Assembly (NCBI GenBank): GCA_964351975.1
Contig: CAYGPK010000001.1
Coordinates: 10,393-74,392, forward strand
Direction of reading: 5' to 3'
Source: an uncultured Methanosarcinales archaeon
Lineage (GTDB): Archaea; Nanobdellota; Nanobdellia; Woesearchaeales; UBA583
DNA length: 64,000 bases
Below are positions 10,113 to 20,345 of this stretch, one piece after another. How positions within the stretch are numbered: the first letter of the stretch is position 1; the number at the start of each line of letters is the position of its first letter. The position numbers and the translations under genes were made by a program. Under the pieces are notes generated by a model. It saw nothing but the letters and a program-made list of their open reading frames with translations, was not told the DNA's origin and searched no databases.

Positions 10113-10790
10113 TTATCTAAATAAAGAAAAACTTCTTGCTTTTGTTTCAACAAGTCCTTGTTTTTTAATTTCAAATGTTTTTGAAACTCCTTCTTTTTTG
10201 TGTTTGTGTTTTTTTAATGTAACGGTTCTTATATCTTGATCTTTATCAAATTCAACTATAGTTTTTGACCAATACTCTATTACATTTCCACCTACCATCT
10301 TTTTCTCTTTAGTATCAAAAGTTGTATACATTTGATTTACTGCAATTACAGGAATATGAAAGGTTCTTGAAATCTCAGTTAATAAACGTAGTTGTTCTCC
10401 TAATTCAGAATTTATTTTTTGTGGTGAATCTCCAAGCTTTAACCTGTAAAGCATAACGAGCGAATCGATTATTACAAGTCCAACTTGGTTAGAATTTTTT
10501 ATTTGTTTGTTTAAACTAAAAATTGTTTTTTGTTGCTCTTCAAAACTTTTTGGAGAAAAAACTAATATGTCACTTAAATTAATTTCTGGGTTTATCTGCT
10601 TTAATCTCTCAGGTGAAAATCCACCTTCAGTATCAATGTAGATTACTTTTTTTCCTTTTTCTACAGCTTTGATTATATATTCAAAACATATAGTTGTTTT
10701 TCCAGAACCAGGAGGCCCATAGATTGTTGTTATGGTATCACTTTTTAATTCACCTATTATCTCATCAAAAAATGTGTTCAGTTTCAACAT
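10113..10790 (-). CDS. radB: DNA repair protein RadB
   Basis: GPPGSGKT Walker A, YIDTEGGFSPERL, IIDS, NQ, C-terminal KH basic patch; 225 aa without RadA N-domain. Confidence 0.92.
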   Translation of the reverse strand: MLKLNTFFDEIIGELKSDTITTIYGPPGSGKTTICFEYIIKAVEKGKKVIYIDTEGGFSPERLKQINPEINLSDILVFSPKSFEEQQKTIFSLNKQIKNSNQVGLVIIDSLVMLYRLKLGDSPQKINSELGEQLRLLTEISRTFHIPVIAVNQMYTTFDTKEKKMVGGNVIEYWSKTIVEFDKDQDIRTVTLKKHKHKKEGVSKTFEIKKQGLVETKARSFSLFR

Positions 10791-10861
10791 TTGAAACCTC
10801 CAATTTTTTGTGGTATTTGTTTTTCAAAAAATACATCGAAGAATGAATTTAATTTTAGCAT
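10784..10861 (-). CDS. Leader ORF, 25 aa (MLKLNSFFDVFFEKQIPQKIGGFKC), copying the RadB N-terminus
   Basis: Manual translation; TATA ~22 nt upstream; 8/9 aa identical to RadB start; GGAGG; TGA overlaps radB start. Confidence 0.7.
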   Translation of the reverse strand: MLKLNSFFDVFFEKQIPQKIGGFKC

Positions 10862-10998
10862 GTTATTATTAAAGTATTCTTATTTATAAAAAATTGCTAT
10901 TTAAAAAATTAAAAACTGTTTAGGTGTTGGATAAATTAAATTTGATTAGGATAAAATTTTATTGAATTATTTTTAATTAAATTAAATCTTAGTTATAT

Positions 10999-12210
10999 AT
11001 GGAATTTGTATTTTTAATTTTTGTTGTAATACTTGGAATAATTTTTGGAATAATTAGTGGCTTAATACCTGGTATTCATATTAATATGGTTTCAACTTTC
11101 TTAGTTTCTAATGTTTTGTTTCTTTCAAATTTTTTTACAATAGAGCAAATAATTATTTTTATTATTTCAATGAGCGTTACTCATACTTTTTTTGATTTTA
11201 TTCCTTCTATATTAATTGGAGTTCCTGACTCTGATACTTGCTTATCAATTTTGCCTGGACAAGCTTTAGTTTTAGAAGGGGAGGCTTACAAGGCTATCTT
11301 TTTAAGTGCACTTGGAAGTCTATTAGGTTGTATGATCTCATTTGGCGCAGCATTTATCTTTTACTATAGTTTAGACTCACTATACAGCGCTTTTAAGGTT
11401 TATGTACCATATATTTTGATTATAAGTATATTTGTTTTATTAGGTATGGAGAAGAACAATAACAGTAGATTTTGGAGTTTGATAGTTATTTTATTTTCAG
11501 GTGGGTATGGAATTTTAATTTTAAATTCAAAGTTGATTTCTGAACCATTATTAATACTCTTTAGTGGAATTTTTGGTGTATCTTCAATTGTTTTCTCTTT
11601 TATGAACAAAGAATCATCATTTCCAGAACAAAACTTCAATATTGATTTTAAATTTGATATTAAAGTTATAAAAGGACTTTTTGTGGGACTATTTAGCTCT
11701 TCTATATGCTCTATTACACCAGGGATTGGAAATTCTCAAGCTGCAATACTATCTTCTGTATTTTTTAAGAACATAACATCAGAAATTTTCATAATTGTAC
11801 TTGGAAGTATTAATACAATTGGATTTATTCTTAGTATAATTACTTTTTATTTAATTGAGAGGGCAAGAAATGGAAGTATTGTTGCAATTTCACAAATAGT
11901 AACTGAATTTACAATACAAAATGTTTTCTTATACTTTTCAATTGTATTTTTTGTCTCAATAATCTCATTTGTACTTATGATTAAAGTAGGAAAAATAATG
12001 ATAAAATCAGTTTCAAAAGTTAATATTAAATATGTAAATCTTTTTGTTTTATCTTTAATATTTTTAATTGTATTTATCTTTGATTCCTTTTATGGTATCT
12101 TTGTTTTAATTGGGTGTGCTTTTTTAGGATTATTTTGTTTATCACTTGATGTTAAAAGAGTTCATTTAATGAGCGTACTTTTAATTCCAGTTATATTGAA
12201 TTTGATTTAA
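10999..12210 (+). CDS. Tripartite tricarboxylate transporter TctA-family permease (archaeal type)
   Basis: GLIPGIHIN, FIPSILIGVPD, LPG motifs; polytopic. Confidence 0.85.
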   Translation: MEFVFLIFVVILGIIFGIISGLIPGIHINMVSTFLVSNVLFLSNFFTIEQIIIFIISMSVTHTFFDFIPSILIGVPDSDTCLSILPGQALVLEGEAYKAIFLSALGSLLGCMISFGAAFIFYYSLDSLYSAFKVYVPYILIISIFVLLGMEKNNNSRFWSLIVILFSGGYGILILNSKLISEPLLILFSGIFGVSSIVFSFMNKESSFPEQNFNIDFKFDIKVIKGLFVGLFSSSICSITPGIGNSQAAILSSVFFKNITSEIFIIVLGSINTIGFILSIITFYLIERARNGSIVAISQIVTEFTIQNVFLYFSIVFFVSIISFVLMIKVGKIMIKSVSKVNIKYVNLFVLSLIFLIVFIFDSFYGIFVLIGCAFLGLFCLSLDVKRVHLMSVLLIPVILNLI

Positions 12211-12225
12211 TATATGAAAACTAAA

Positions 12226-13047
12226 CTATCTCCATAAAACTTCATTAAACGATTCAAGATTTAATCTTCCATTATTCCCAGTAGTAGGATCTCCTTTATA
12301 TATTGTTAAACTACAATTTTTTGGATGATTTGTTTTATTTTCTGATAAAAAATTATCTGGACTCCATCTTTCAAGTCTACTTCTCATTGCCATTATTAAA
12401 AGATGGTGAGTTACCAATAAAACATTATATCCTTGATAATCTCTAGTTAATTTTCCTAAAAAATCTCCAGTTCTATCTTTAACATCCATCATACTCTCTC
12501 CACCTAGGTATCTGTGAGTATACCTATTTTCTGTTTCTGCTTGAAGTCCTTCAATAGGATGAAATAAATTTGCTAATGCTTGATCATTAAAATAAGTTCT
12601 AAGTCCATGTTCTTGTTCTCTAATTCTATCCTCAGTAATTATTTCAATATCTTTTAATTCCGGATTTCCTTGTATAACAAAATCTAAAGTTTGTCTAGTT
12701 CGTAAATAAGGAGAAACTAAGATAACATGAGGTTTATCAATCTTATCTAATAAAGCCTTGCCAGTTTCAAAAGCTTGTCTTTCACCTTCTTTAGTTAATG
12801 GAGTATCAAAGTCTGTTACATCTAATCTTATTTTTTTAATTACTTTTGAAGCAAGGTCAAAAAGTTCTTCACTAGGAAACCCCCTACCTGGTAAAGCCAA
12901 CATAGGATTTTTTCTTAATTTCTCCCATTCTGAATTATACATAGAAATAAATTCTTGATAATCAGGATCATCTTTTCTTTTTTTAGACAAAATATTATAT
13001 GCAGACTCTCCATGTCTTAACATAGAAAGTTGATTAGGCCATTTCAT
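12226..13047 (-). CDS. Histidine phosphatase superfamily protein
   Basis: RHGES, SPYLRTRQT, GGES, VTHH. Confidence 0.9.
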   Translation of the reverse strand: MKWPNQLSMLRHGESAYNILSKKRKDDPDYQEFISMYNSEWEKLRKNPMLALPGRGFPSEELFDLASKVIKKIRLDVTDFDTPLTKEGERQAFETGKALLDKIDKPHVILVSPYLRTRQTLDFVIQGNPELKDIEIITEDRIREQEHGLRTYFNDQALANLFHPIEGLQAETENRYTHRYLGGESMMDVKDRTGDFLGKLTRDYQGYNVLLVTHHLLIMAMRSRLERWSPDNFLSENKTNHPKNCSLTIYKGDPTTGNNGRLNLESFNEVLWR

Positions 13048-13117
13048 AATAATTTGAAAAATTAAAAGTATATAAATTTATCTCTAAATAGTAATAAATT
13101 GTAAAAATTATTTTTAA

Positions 13118-13165
13118 GCATACGTAATTTATTTACGCATACAACAAAAATTAGAAATTTTTGGA
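13118..13165. repeat. REP-like double hairpin / possible secY terminator
   Basis: CGTAA-TTTAT-TTACG (13123-13137) and CAAAAATT-AGA-AATTTTTG (13145-13163); the latter matches hairpins at 6680 and 6751. Confidence 0.5.
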
Positions 13166-13177
13166 ACAGCGAAAGTT

Positions 13178-14596
13178 TTACTTTCGCATGAATCTTCTTA
13201 GTACTGAGAAGTCTTCCATTGACTCTCTTGCCAGACTTTGATAAAATTGATATATAATCATAATCATAAGTAAAATACCAGTTCCACTTGTTAGAGCATT
13301 TAAAATGTCTGCTGTTGATGCTAATATACCAATACCGATACCACCCATTAAAGTTAATGGAACAATATATCTATCAAGTATTTTTTCAATGATTCTAACA
13401 TCTTTTCTAAATCCTGGAATTTGTAGACCTGAATTAATTATTTGATTAGCTTGTGAACGTGAATCCATTCCTGCTGTTTGAACCCAAAAATATGCAAATA
13501 CAGTTGCACCAATTACTAGATAAATTGTATATGATATCATATGTGGCCAAACTGATAATGAGAAAAAATTATAGAAATTATCCCATAAACCAACAGGATA
13601 AATCCAATTCACAACTCCTGAAATTGGTGATTGTCCTGAAAATTGTCCTAGTATATTTTCAGAAATAAATCTTACAAAAGCACTTGAATCTGCTTTCTCT
13701 GCAAATGATTGAAAAAGTCTTGCCCAAAGCTGCAAATTAGCTCCTAATGCTGAAATTAAAATAACAGGAATTACTCCTGAATAAAAGAAATTCAAAGGCC
13801 ATCTCATAGTTTGACCCCTGACTCTTCCAAATGAAAGAGGTATTTCTACATTGACCGATTGGAAAAATACTATTAAGAAAAATAAGGCAACTGTAATACT
13901 AACTGGTCCTAAAACTGCTAGAAATAAATTATTAAAATCTGCTGCTTGTAAATATAAAACCATTTGAAAAAACTTACCAACTGGTAAATTATTTACATCT
14001 GTAATTGAAAAATCTCCTGTTTGTGTAAATGGTGAGAATAACTGCAAGAATACTGCTTGACCAATTCCTGCTGCAATAAATAGGGAAACCCCTGATCCGA
14101 ATCCCCATTTTTTAACAACTTCATCCATATAAAACACTATAAACCCACCGAGGCCTAATTGGAGGGCTACTATCCAAAAATAAGAAGAAGAGGTTGGCGA
14201 CACCGCCCCGAAAGCTACGTATACAATGGATTCTAAAATAATAAAAACAAAAGTTACTAATTTATGAGTTCCTGACCACATAAATTTACCATCTTCTGTG
14301 TTTAGATCAATTTTAATAATTCCTGCTCCTTTTAACAACTGTAAAACAATTGATGCTGTTACAATAGGACCAATTCCAAGAGTTAATAATTTTCCAATTT
14401 TTGCTCCTAGTAGTAATTCTAGAGTTTTAAAATAACTTGCTTGTGTTGCATCTACTCCAAATAATGGTATTGATGCTAAAAATAAAAAAAGAACAAGAAT
14501 TCCAAAAGTCCAAATTAATCTTTTTTTTAAACTCTGCTTGGATTCTGGAGTTGCAACCTCAGGCAGGCTCATTAATAAATTTTTATACATTGACAT
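13178..14596 (-). CDS. secY: Protein translocase subunit SecY
   Basis: LGIGPIVTASI, KWGFGSGVSLFIAAG, IPGFR, SGTGILL. Confidence 0.97.
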   Translation of the reverse strand: MSMYKNLLMSLPEVATPESKQSLKKRLIWTFGILVLFLFLASIPLFGVDATQASYFKTLELLLGAKIGKLLTLGIGPIVTASIVLQLLKGAGIIKIDLNTEDGKFMWSGTHKLVTFVFIILESIVYVAFGAVSPTSSSYFWIVALQLGLGGFIVFYMDEVVKKWGFGSGVSLFIAAGIGQAVFLQLFSPFTQTGDFSITDVNNLPVGKFFQMVLYLQAADFNNLFLAVLGPVSITVALFFLIVFFQSVNVEIPLSFGRVRGQTMRWPLNFFYSGVIPVILISALGANLQLWARLFQSFAEKADSSAFVRFISENILGQFSGQSPISGVVNWIYPVGLWDNFYNFFSLSVWPHMISYTIYLVIGATVFAYFWVQTAGMDSRSQANQIINSGLQIPGFRKDVRIIEKILDRYIVPLTLMGGIGIGILASTADILNALTSGTGILLMIMIIYQFYQSLARESMEDFSVLRRFMRK

Positions 14597-14690
14597 ACTT
14601 TTTGTAAACTAGATTAGTTTAAAAATATTACCTTTAGAATTTAGAAGTTAATAAGGAAATAAAAAGAAAAAAGTTGATAAAATTAAAAAT

Positions 14691-15227
14691 TTATTCTTGA
14701 GAAGATTCTTCTTCTTTAATTTTTTTAACTTTTAGAACTTTAACAGTTCCACCAGCCGCTTCTACTTGTGCTTTTGCAGATTCTGAAATTTCATGACAAA
14801 TAATTGATAGTTTCTTTGAAATTTTAGTTCTTCCTAATACTTTATCATATCCAAATTTAGTTGTATCAAAAGTATCTTTTACAATTTTTTTATCTTCAAC
14901 TAATTTTTCATAGTTATTTTCAATAAATGATAAAGATAAAACATTTGAATTCTTTTTATGAATTGAAGTAAATCCTCTTTTACCAAAATATTTACTTCCA
15001 ATTCTCTTAATTGAGGATAATTTAACTCCTCTTTGAGCAGCGATTTTTTGTAAAATCTCTTTTCCACCAGCTAAAACTCCTGGTTTTTGAGCATCTCCTC
15101 TAGCACCAGTACCAGATAAACCTTTACCTCCTCTATGTCCTGCTCCTCTATGTTTTTTCTTGTGTCCCCAACCGTGAGAACTAGTCCCTCTCATCTTTTT
15201 TACTTTTGATTTTTTTTTAGCAAACAT
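14691..15227 (-). CDS. rpl15: Ribosomal protein uL15
   Basis: RG..SHGWG.KKKHRGAGHRGG, YFGKRGF, VEAAGG; directly upstream of secY. Confidence 0.95.
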   Translation of the reverse strand: MFAKKKSKVKKMRGTSSHGWGHKKKHRGAGHRGGKGLSGTGARGDAQKPGVLAGGKEILQKIAAQRGVKLSSIKRIGSKYFGKRGFTSIHKKNSNVLSLSFIENNYEKLVEDKKIVKDTFDTTKFGYDKVLGRTKISKKLSIICHEISESAKAQVEAAGGTVKVLKVKKIKEEESSQE

Positions 15228-15404
15228 TTTTTATTTCCTGATTTTTGTTAATCTTAATAGAAAGTAATGAAAAATGGTTTATAAGCGTTTTCATAAACAA
15301 TATACAAGAATATAATAAAACAAAGTGTTATGTTTAAAGTTAGCTATTAAAACCACTTTATAATTAATATAGAATTATTTATTCAATTATCTCTAAATTA
15401 CAGT

Positions 15405-17450
15405 ATGAATAATTCACTTGAAACACTTTTTTACCCAAAATCTATCGCAGTAATTGGTGCTAGTAATGATAAAAACAAGATTGGAGGTTTTATTACTTCA
15501 CAAATTTTAAACAAATCAGAAATTAAAACTTATCCTATTAATATTAAAGAAAATACTATTCAAAATATTAAGGCATACAAATTCATCTCTGATGTTAAAA
15601 AAAGTATTGATTTAGTAATTATTGCTATACCCTCTAAATTTGTTTTAAATGCTGTTTTAGATTGTGTTAAAGCTAAAGTTAAAAATATTGTAATTATTTC
15701 TGCAGGATTTAAAGAATCTGGGGAAGAGGGAATTCATCGTGAGAATCAATTAAAAGAAATCATAAACAATAATAAATTAAATGTTATTGGTCCAAACTGT
15801 CTTGGATTTTTGAACTGTGAAACTAAATTAAATTGTTCTTTTGCAAAAGATATTCCAACATTTGGAGGAACTGCTTTGATTTCACAAAGTGGAGCCGTTA
15901 TTGATGGAATTATTGATTGGAGTTTTAAGCATAATATTGGATTTTCAAAAGTTGTAAGTATAGGGAATATGGCTGGAGTTAATACACTTGATATTCTTAA
16001 TTATCTAAAAGATGATAAAAAAACTAAATCTATTGTTTTTTATATGGAAACTCTTGAGAAAGGAAAAGAATTTGCAGAAGTTCTAAGGGAAGTCTCAAAG
16101 AAAAAACCGGTTATTATAATCAAACCTGGAACATCAGATAATGCTAAATCAGCAATAGGATCACATACAGGAAGTCTTGCGCAAGATAATGTTCTTGTTG
16201 AAACCCTTATTAAAGATAATAATGGAATTTTAGTTAAATCCCTTAATGAATTATTCAATGTTTTAATTGCACTTAAATCCGGGAAATATCCAAAAGATAA
16301 CAAATTAGTTATTTTAACAAATGCAGGAGGACCAGGAGTTATTGCAACAGATGCGTGCTCTGAAAATAATTTTGAAATTTATAGATTTAGTGATTCACAG
16401 AAAAAGAAATTTAATTTGCCAAGCGAGGCTTCAATTAATAATCCAGTAGATATGCTTGGTGATGCGAAATCAGATAGATACAAAGATACACTTGATGCTG
16501 TTTCTAATATGAAAGAATTTTCTAATATTTTAGTTCTTTTAACACCGCAGATTATGACTGATTCATTTGAAATTGCAAAATCTCTTTCTGAGGTCTCAAA
16601 AAAAAGTGATAAAAATATTTTCTCAAGTTTTATAGGTGATAAAGAAATTAAAGATGCAATTACTTATTTAGATGAGTACAATTTTTCTAATTTTCAAACG
16701 CCAAGTGAAGCAATTAATACTATGAAATTACTCTACGATTATAATTTGTTTGATTATAAGGATGAGACTAAAAAGTTTAAAGTTACAAGTAATTTTGATT
16801 CTTTGACTAAGAAATTAAAAAATGAAAAAGGACTTTTGGATTATAATTTGACTAAAGAAATATTAAATTTTATGGGAATTGAAATGCCAGAGAAAATTGT
16901 TCTTAATAATGTTAAAGATATTTTTAAAATTAAATTAGCCCACGATAAAAAATATGTTCTTAAAGCAGATGGAAAAAAATTTATTCATAAAAAAGATATA
17001 GGTGGAGTAATTACTGGCGTTACTGATTCAGACTTTGAGGATAGAGTGATTGCGATGTTTAAAAAATTACCAAAGGAAGCATCTATTACAGTTGAAGAAG
17101 AAGTTAAAGGTGTTGAGGTTATTTGTGGTTTAAAGAAAGACGATAGTTTAGGGAATTTTATTATGTTTGGAATGGGTGGTACCTATGTAAGCATTTTCAA
17201 GGACATTGGATTTGCGACTGCCCCCATAACTGAAAAACGCGTGCGAACTTTAGTTTCTAAAAGTAAAATTTATGAATTACTTAAAGGATATCGTGATATT
17301 AAACCAGTTAATTTAGAAAAGTTATATGATGTGATTATTAGATTATCATATCTCCAAGAAATATTTCCTATGATAAAAGAAGTCGATTTGAATCCAATTA
17401 TGTGTAATGAAAAAGATGTTTATTTAGTTGATGTTAAACTAATACTTTAG
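15405..17450 (+). CDS. Acetate-CoA ligase (ADP-forming), fused alpha+beta
   Basis: SIAVIGAS, GPNCLG, SQSGA, SHTGSLA (phospho-His), NPVD, HKKDIGGV, DLNP. Confidence 0.92.
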   Translation: MNNSLETLFYPKSIAVIGASNDKNKIGGFITSQILNKSEIKTYPINIKENTIQNIKAYKFISDVKKSIDLVIIAIPSKFVLNAVLDCVKAKVKNIVIISAGFKESGEEGIHRENQLKEIINNNKLNVIGPNCLGFLNCETKLNCSFAKDIPTFGGTALISQSGAVIDGIIDWSFKHNIGFSKVVSIGNMAGVNTLDILNYLKDDKKTKSIVFYMETLEKGKEFAEVLREVSKKKPVIIIKPGTSDNAKSAIGSHTGSLAQDNVLVETLIKDNNGILVKSLNELFNVLIALKSGKYPKDNKLVILTNAGGPGVIATDACSENNFEIYRFSDSQKKKFNLPSEASINNPVDMLGDAKSDRYKDTLDAVSNMKEFSNILVLLTPQIMTDSFEIAKSLSEVSKKSDKNIFSSFIGDKEIKDAITYLDEYNFSNFQTPSEAINTMKLLYDYNLFDYKDETKKFKVTSNFDSLTKKLKNEKGLLDYNLTKEILNFMGIEMPEKIVLNNVKDIFKIKLAHDKKYVLKADGKKFIHKKDIGGVITGVTDSDFEDRVIAMFKKLPKEASITVEEEVKGVEVICGLKKDDSLGNFIMFGMGGTYVSIFKDIGFATAPITEKRVRTLVSKSKIYELLKGYRDIKPVNLEKLYDVIIRLSYLQEIFPMIKEVDLNPIMCNEKDVYLVDVKLIL

Positions 17451-17929
17451 TTATTTTTTAAAAAATCTTTAAATTCTTTATCTGTTAAATCTAATAATTT
17501 AGAATCTCTTGAAACAATGGAATTTGTTATCTCTTTTCCATACCAAAATTCTGGTTGAAATAAATTTGCTTCCTCTTCTGATTTGAATTCTACTTCGATT
17601 TTTTTAAGACCTTCGTGTTTACCCTGATACCTTTTAATTGAAATTTCAGGATTAACACTTAAAATATAACTTTCTCTTAAAATTACTTGAGAGGAAAGAG
17701 ATTTTAATTTCTCAAATTCTTCTTTTGAAATCTCTAATTTGGTTTTAATTGATTTTAATTTAGATACTATCTCTTTACGCTCTAATTCAAATTTACCCTC
17801 TTTACTTTGAACTCTTAATTCTATTTTATCAGTTTTAAAAATATAATATCTCTCATATTTTATTGACTTAAAATTAGATAAATCTGGCATTTTCTTAATT
17901 AGAAATTTTCTTTCTATTTCATCAGACAT
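17447..17929 (-). CDS. CYTH-domain protein
   Basis: EIERKFL and EVEF motifs. Confidence 0.85.
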   Translation of the reverse strand: MSDEIERKFLIKKMPDLSNFKSIKYERYYIFKTDKIELRVQSKEGKFELERKEIVSKLKSIKTKLEISKEEFEKLKSLSSQVILRESYILSVNPEISIKRYQGKHEGLKKIEVEFKSEEEANLFQPEFWYGKEITNSIVSRDSKLLDLTDKEFKDFLKNN

Positions 17930-17964
17930 ATTAAAACTATTATATTTAGATTATTTAAATATAT

Positions 17965-18306
17965 TTATTTCTCATCAAACCCTAATTTTCTAAGTAAATC
18001 TTTTATTTCGCCAATTACTTTATCTTGATCATTTTTCTTTGACATTTTTATAAATTTAAAAATAATATCAGTTACTTCACCAATAGTTATAAGTTTTAAT
18101 TTTTCTCCATCACAAATAAAATAAAATCTAAAGGACTTATACTTAAGTTCTTTTAATACAATTCCTTCTATTTGTGTTAAAGTTTTTCCTTTAAGTGGGG
18201 TTTCTTTTAAAGAATAAAAATATTCCATAATTTTAATTGATTCTTTCTTAAACTTTTTATTAATTTCTTTTTGAAGCTCCTTAGTTATTTCAACTTTTAT
18301 CCCCAT
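17965..18306 (-). CDS. RelE/ParE-like toxin
   Basis: Basic 113 aa, P..GK, ELKY..FRFYF; overlaps small upstream gene. Confidence 0.6.
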   Translation of the reverse strand: MGIKVEITKELQKEINKKFKKESIKIMEYFYSLKETPLKGKTLTQIEGIVLKELKYKSFRFYFICDGEKLKLITIGEVTDIIFKFIKMSKKNDQDKVIGEIKDLLRKLGFDEK

Positions 18307-18500
18307 TTATCTTTAGCTTCTTTTAAGGCTTGTTCAATACTTATAGAATTAGATGAATCCATTAACATTTCTTTTAAGACTTGAACTTTATAGGTTTCAT
18401 ACATATCTTCTATTATTTCATCGTAAGATTTCCCTTTATTTGAAATATCTCTTAATTTATTTCTCAATTCTTTACTTATTGCAATTGTCGTCATTTCCAT
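18297..18500 (-). CDS. Ribbon-helix-helix antitoxin (start revised to MEMTT)
   Basis: TTIAISKELRNKL...KSYDEII pattern; precedes RelE-like gene. Confidence 0.7.
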   Translation of the reverse strand: MEMTTIAISKELRNKLRDISNKGKSYDEIIEDMYETYKVQVLKEMLMDSSNSISIEQALKEAKDKWG

Positions 18501-18541
18501 TATAATTATTATAATACTTATAATATTTATAAATTTATTCT

Positions 18542-20263
18542 TTACCATTTGATTAACATTGCAGTTAATAGAAAGATTGTTCCAAGAAAAACAAAGTAAA
18601 TTGAGTTCATTTTTGATTTTGTGTTTTTAGATTCAAATGTGTAATTATCAAAATAACTACTATCGTTTTTAATTAAATTATTTTCATATAAGTCTTCTTT
18701 TTCTAAAGAAGACAAATAGTTGGTATCTGAATAGCTATAGTTTTGAAATACTTCTTCTTGATTGTAGTAATCTTTACTTAATTCTTTAATGTTCAATTTA
18801 TCTTCAGTAGGACCTATAGAATAATTAAATTCTTTTGATTCATAATTAAAGGTTTTAAGATGGGACTTTTTGTATTTGCAAGTTAGTTTTAAGGTATTAA
18901 TTTTCTCCTCTGATTTAGATGTTAAGAGTGAGTTATTTATTTCTAAATTGATTTTTTTGATCTTATTTGAGACATTTTGAGTATTTGATACTTGAGTTTT
19001 TACTAAATTAATATAACACTCTCCTGTTAAATTTTCTAAATTTGAATCAATTTGAAAACTAATATCTTGACTTTTAACTTCTAAATTCAGAATTTTAAAA
19101 TACTGTTTACTTGAACTTTCTTGAGTATTTTGAATTTCTTTTTGTGAGTTTTGTTTGTTAAATATTACAATATTTTTTTCAATATCAAGACCTTTTATTA
19201 TTAAATTATTTTCTCCAGATAACAAATTTAATTGAATTTTACCCTTAGATTTTGAGTATTTATTTATCTCATTTGAATGAATAACATTGGAATTTAAATA
19301 AAAATATGTTGTTCTTTTACTTGTATCACCACGATAAATTTCGTATCTTAATTCATCTGTTTTAAGATTAATTAGATCCTTTTCATTTGTTATTTGAATG
19401 CTTGATTTTAATTCTTGGGACCTATCCTCTTCTTCAACCTTTGAGTCTTTAGAGTTGAAATAAAAGGAAACTGGCTTTGTTTTTTCTATACTACAATTAT
19501 CGTTATTTAATATCCCTTTTATATTATAAATCTCAGTATTATCATCTGGAGTATAAGATTTTTGATTAGTGTTTGTTGTTGTTCTTTTATCTTTTACAAT
19601 CTCTCCATTATATTTTTCTATCCAATATTCTATCTGAAAAATTGACATATTTGTTTCAAATTCGTATTGAATTTTATCTTCAAAAATATCCTTATCAGTT
19701 ATAATTTCAAAGCTATAATTACAAGAATTTAGGGTGTTTTCATCTGTTGAATTTGATAAATTTGAGTTATTTTTTTGTAAAAATAAGTTAGAATTACAAG
19801 GTGTTTGAGTCCCTTTAAAAAATGAATTTGTAGTTGAATTGTAGTTTAAAGTTTCATTAAAATTAAAGAAATAATCTATTAAATTAGTATATGAAAGGTT
19901 AGTTGAATTATCAATTTGAAGTGTTAAATTTTCACCTGAACTCTTTAATCCTCCACTGGAAACTTGCGATTTATCGCTCTCATAAATACTACAATTAAAC
20001 TTCGATAAATCATTATTTTGAGCAAAATTTGAGCCAATAATTAAGTAATAATTTGAATTATTTACTAGTTTATTTAAGGATAAAATGTTAAAATTTGAGT
20101 CTGAATTCTCATCAAAAATCTTATTATTTGTTAAATTTAAAGTTTGATTTGAATAGATTTCTAGGTATTCATCATCAATAAAATTAATCTCATTTATATA
20201 AATTTGAGAGTAAATTTGTATTGGAAATAACAAAAAAAATAGCATAAATAATAGTAATTTCAT
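18542..20263 (-). CDS. Secreted, C-terminally anchored protein with lamin-tail-like N-domain
   Basis: Signal peptide; IYINEINF..EYLEIY, L.SSGENLTL; C-terminal TM. Confidence 0.65.
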   Translation of the reverse strand: MKLLLFMLFFLLFPIQIYSQIYINEINFIDDEYLEIYSNQTLNLTNNKIFDENSDSNFNILSLNKLVNNSNYYLIIGSNFAQNNDLSKFNCSIYESDKSQVSSGGLKSSGENLTLQIDNSTNLSYTNLIDYFFNFNETLNYNSTTNSFFKGTQTPCNSNLFLQKNNSNLSNSTDENTLNSCNYSFEIITDKDIFEDKIQYEFETNMSIFQIEYWIEKYNGEIVKDKRTTTNTNQKSYTPDDNTEIYNIKGILNNDNCSIEKTKPVSFYFNSKDSKVEEEDRSQELKSSIQITNEKDLINLKTDELRYEIYRGDTSKRTTYFYLNSNVIHSNEINKYSKSKGKIQLNLLSGENNLIIKGLDIEKNIVIFNKQNSQKEIQNTQESSSKQYFKILNLEVKSQDISFQIDSNLENLTGECYINLVKTQVSNTQNVSNKIKKINLEINNSLLTSKSEEKINTLKLTCKYKKSHLKTFNYESKEFNYSIGPTEDKLNIKELSKDYYNQEEVFQNYSYSDTNYLSSLEKEDLYENNLIKNDSSYFDNYTFESKNTKSKMNSIYFVFLGTIFLLTAMLIKW

Positions 20264-20345
20264 TAATAAAAATTCTAATTTTAATTATAAAAATACTCCT
20301 AAATTCTTTTATCCTAAACAAAAAAAAGATTGAAAAAGAACTAAA

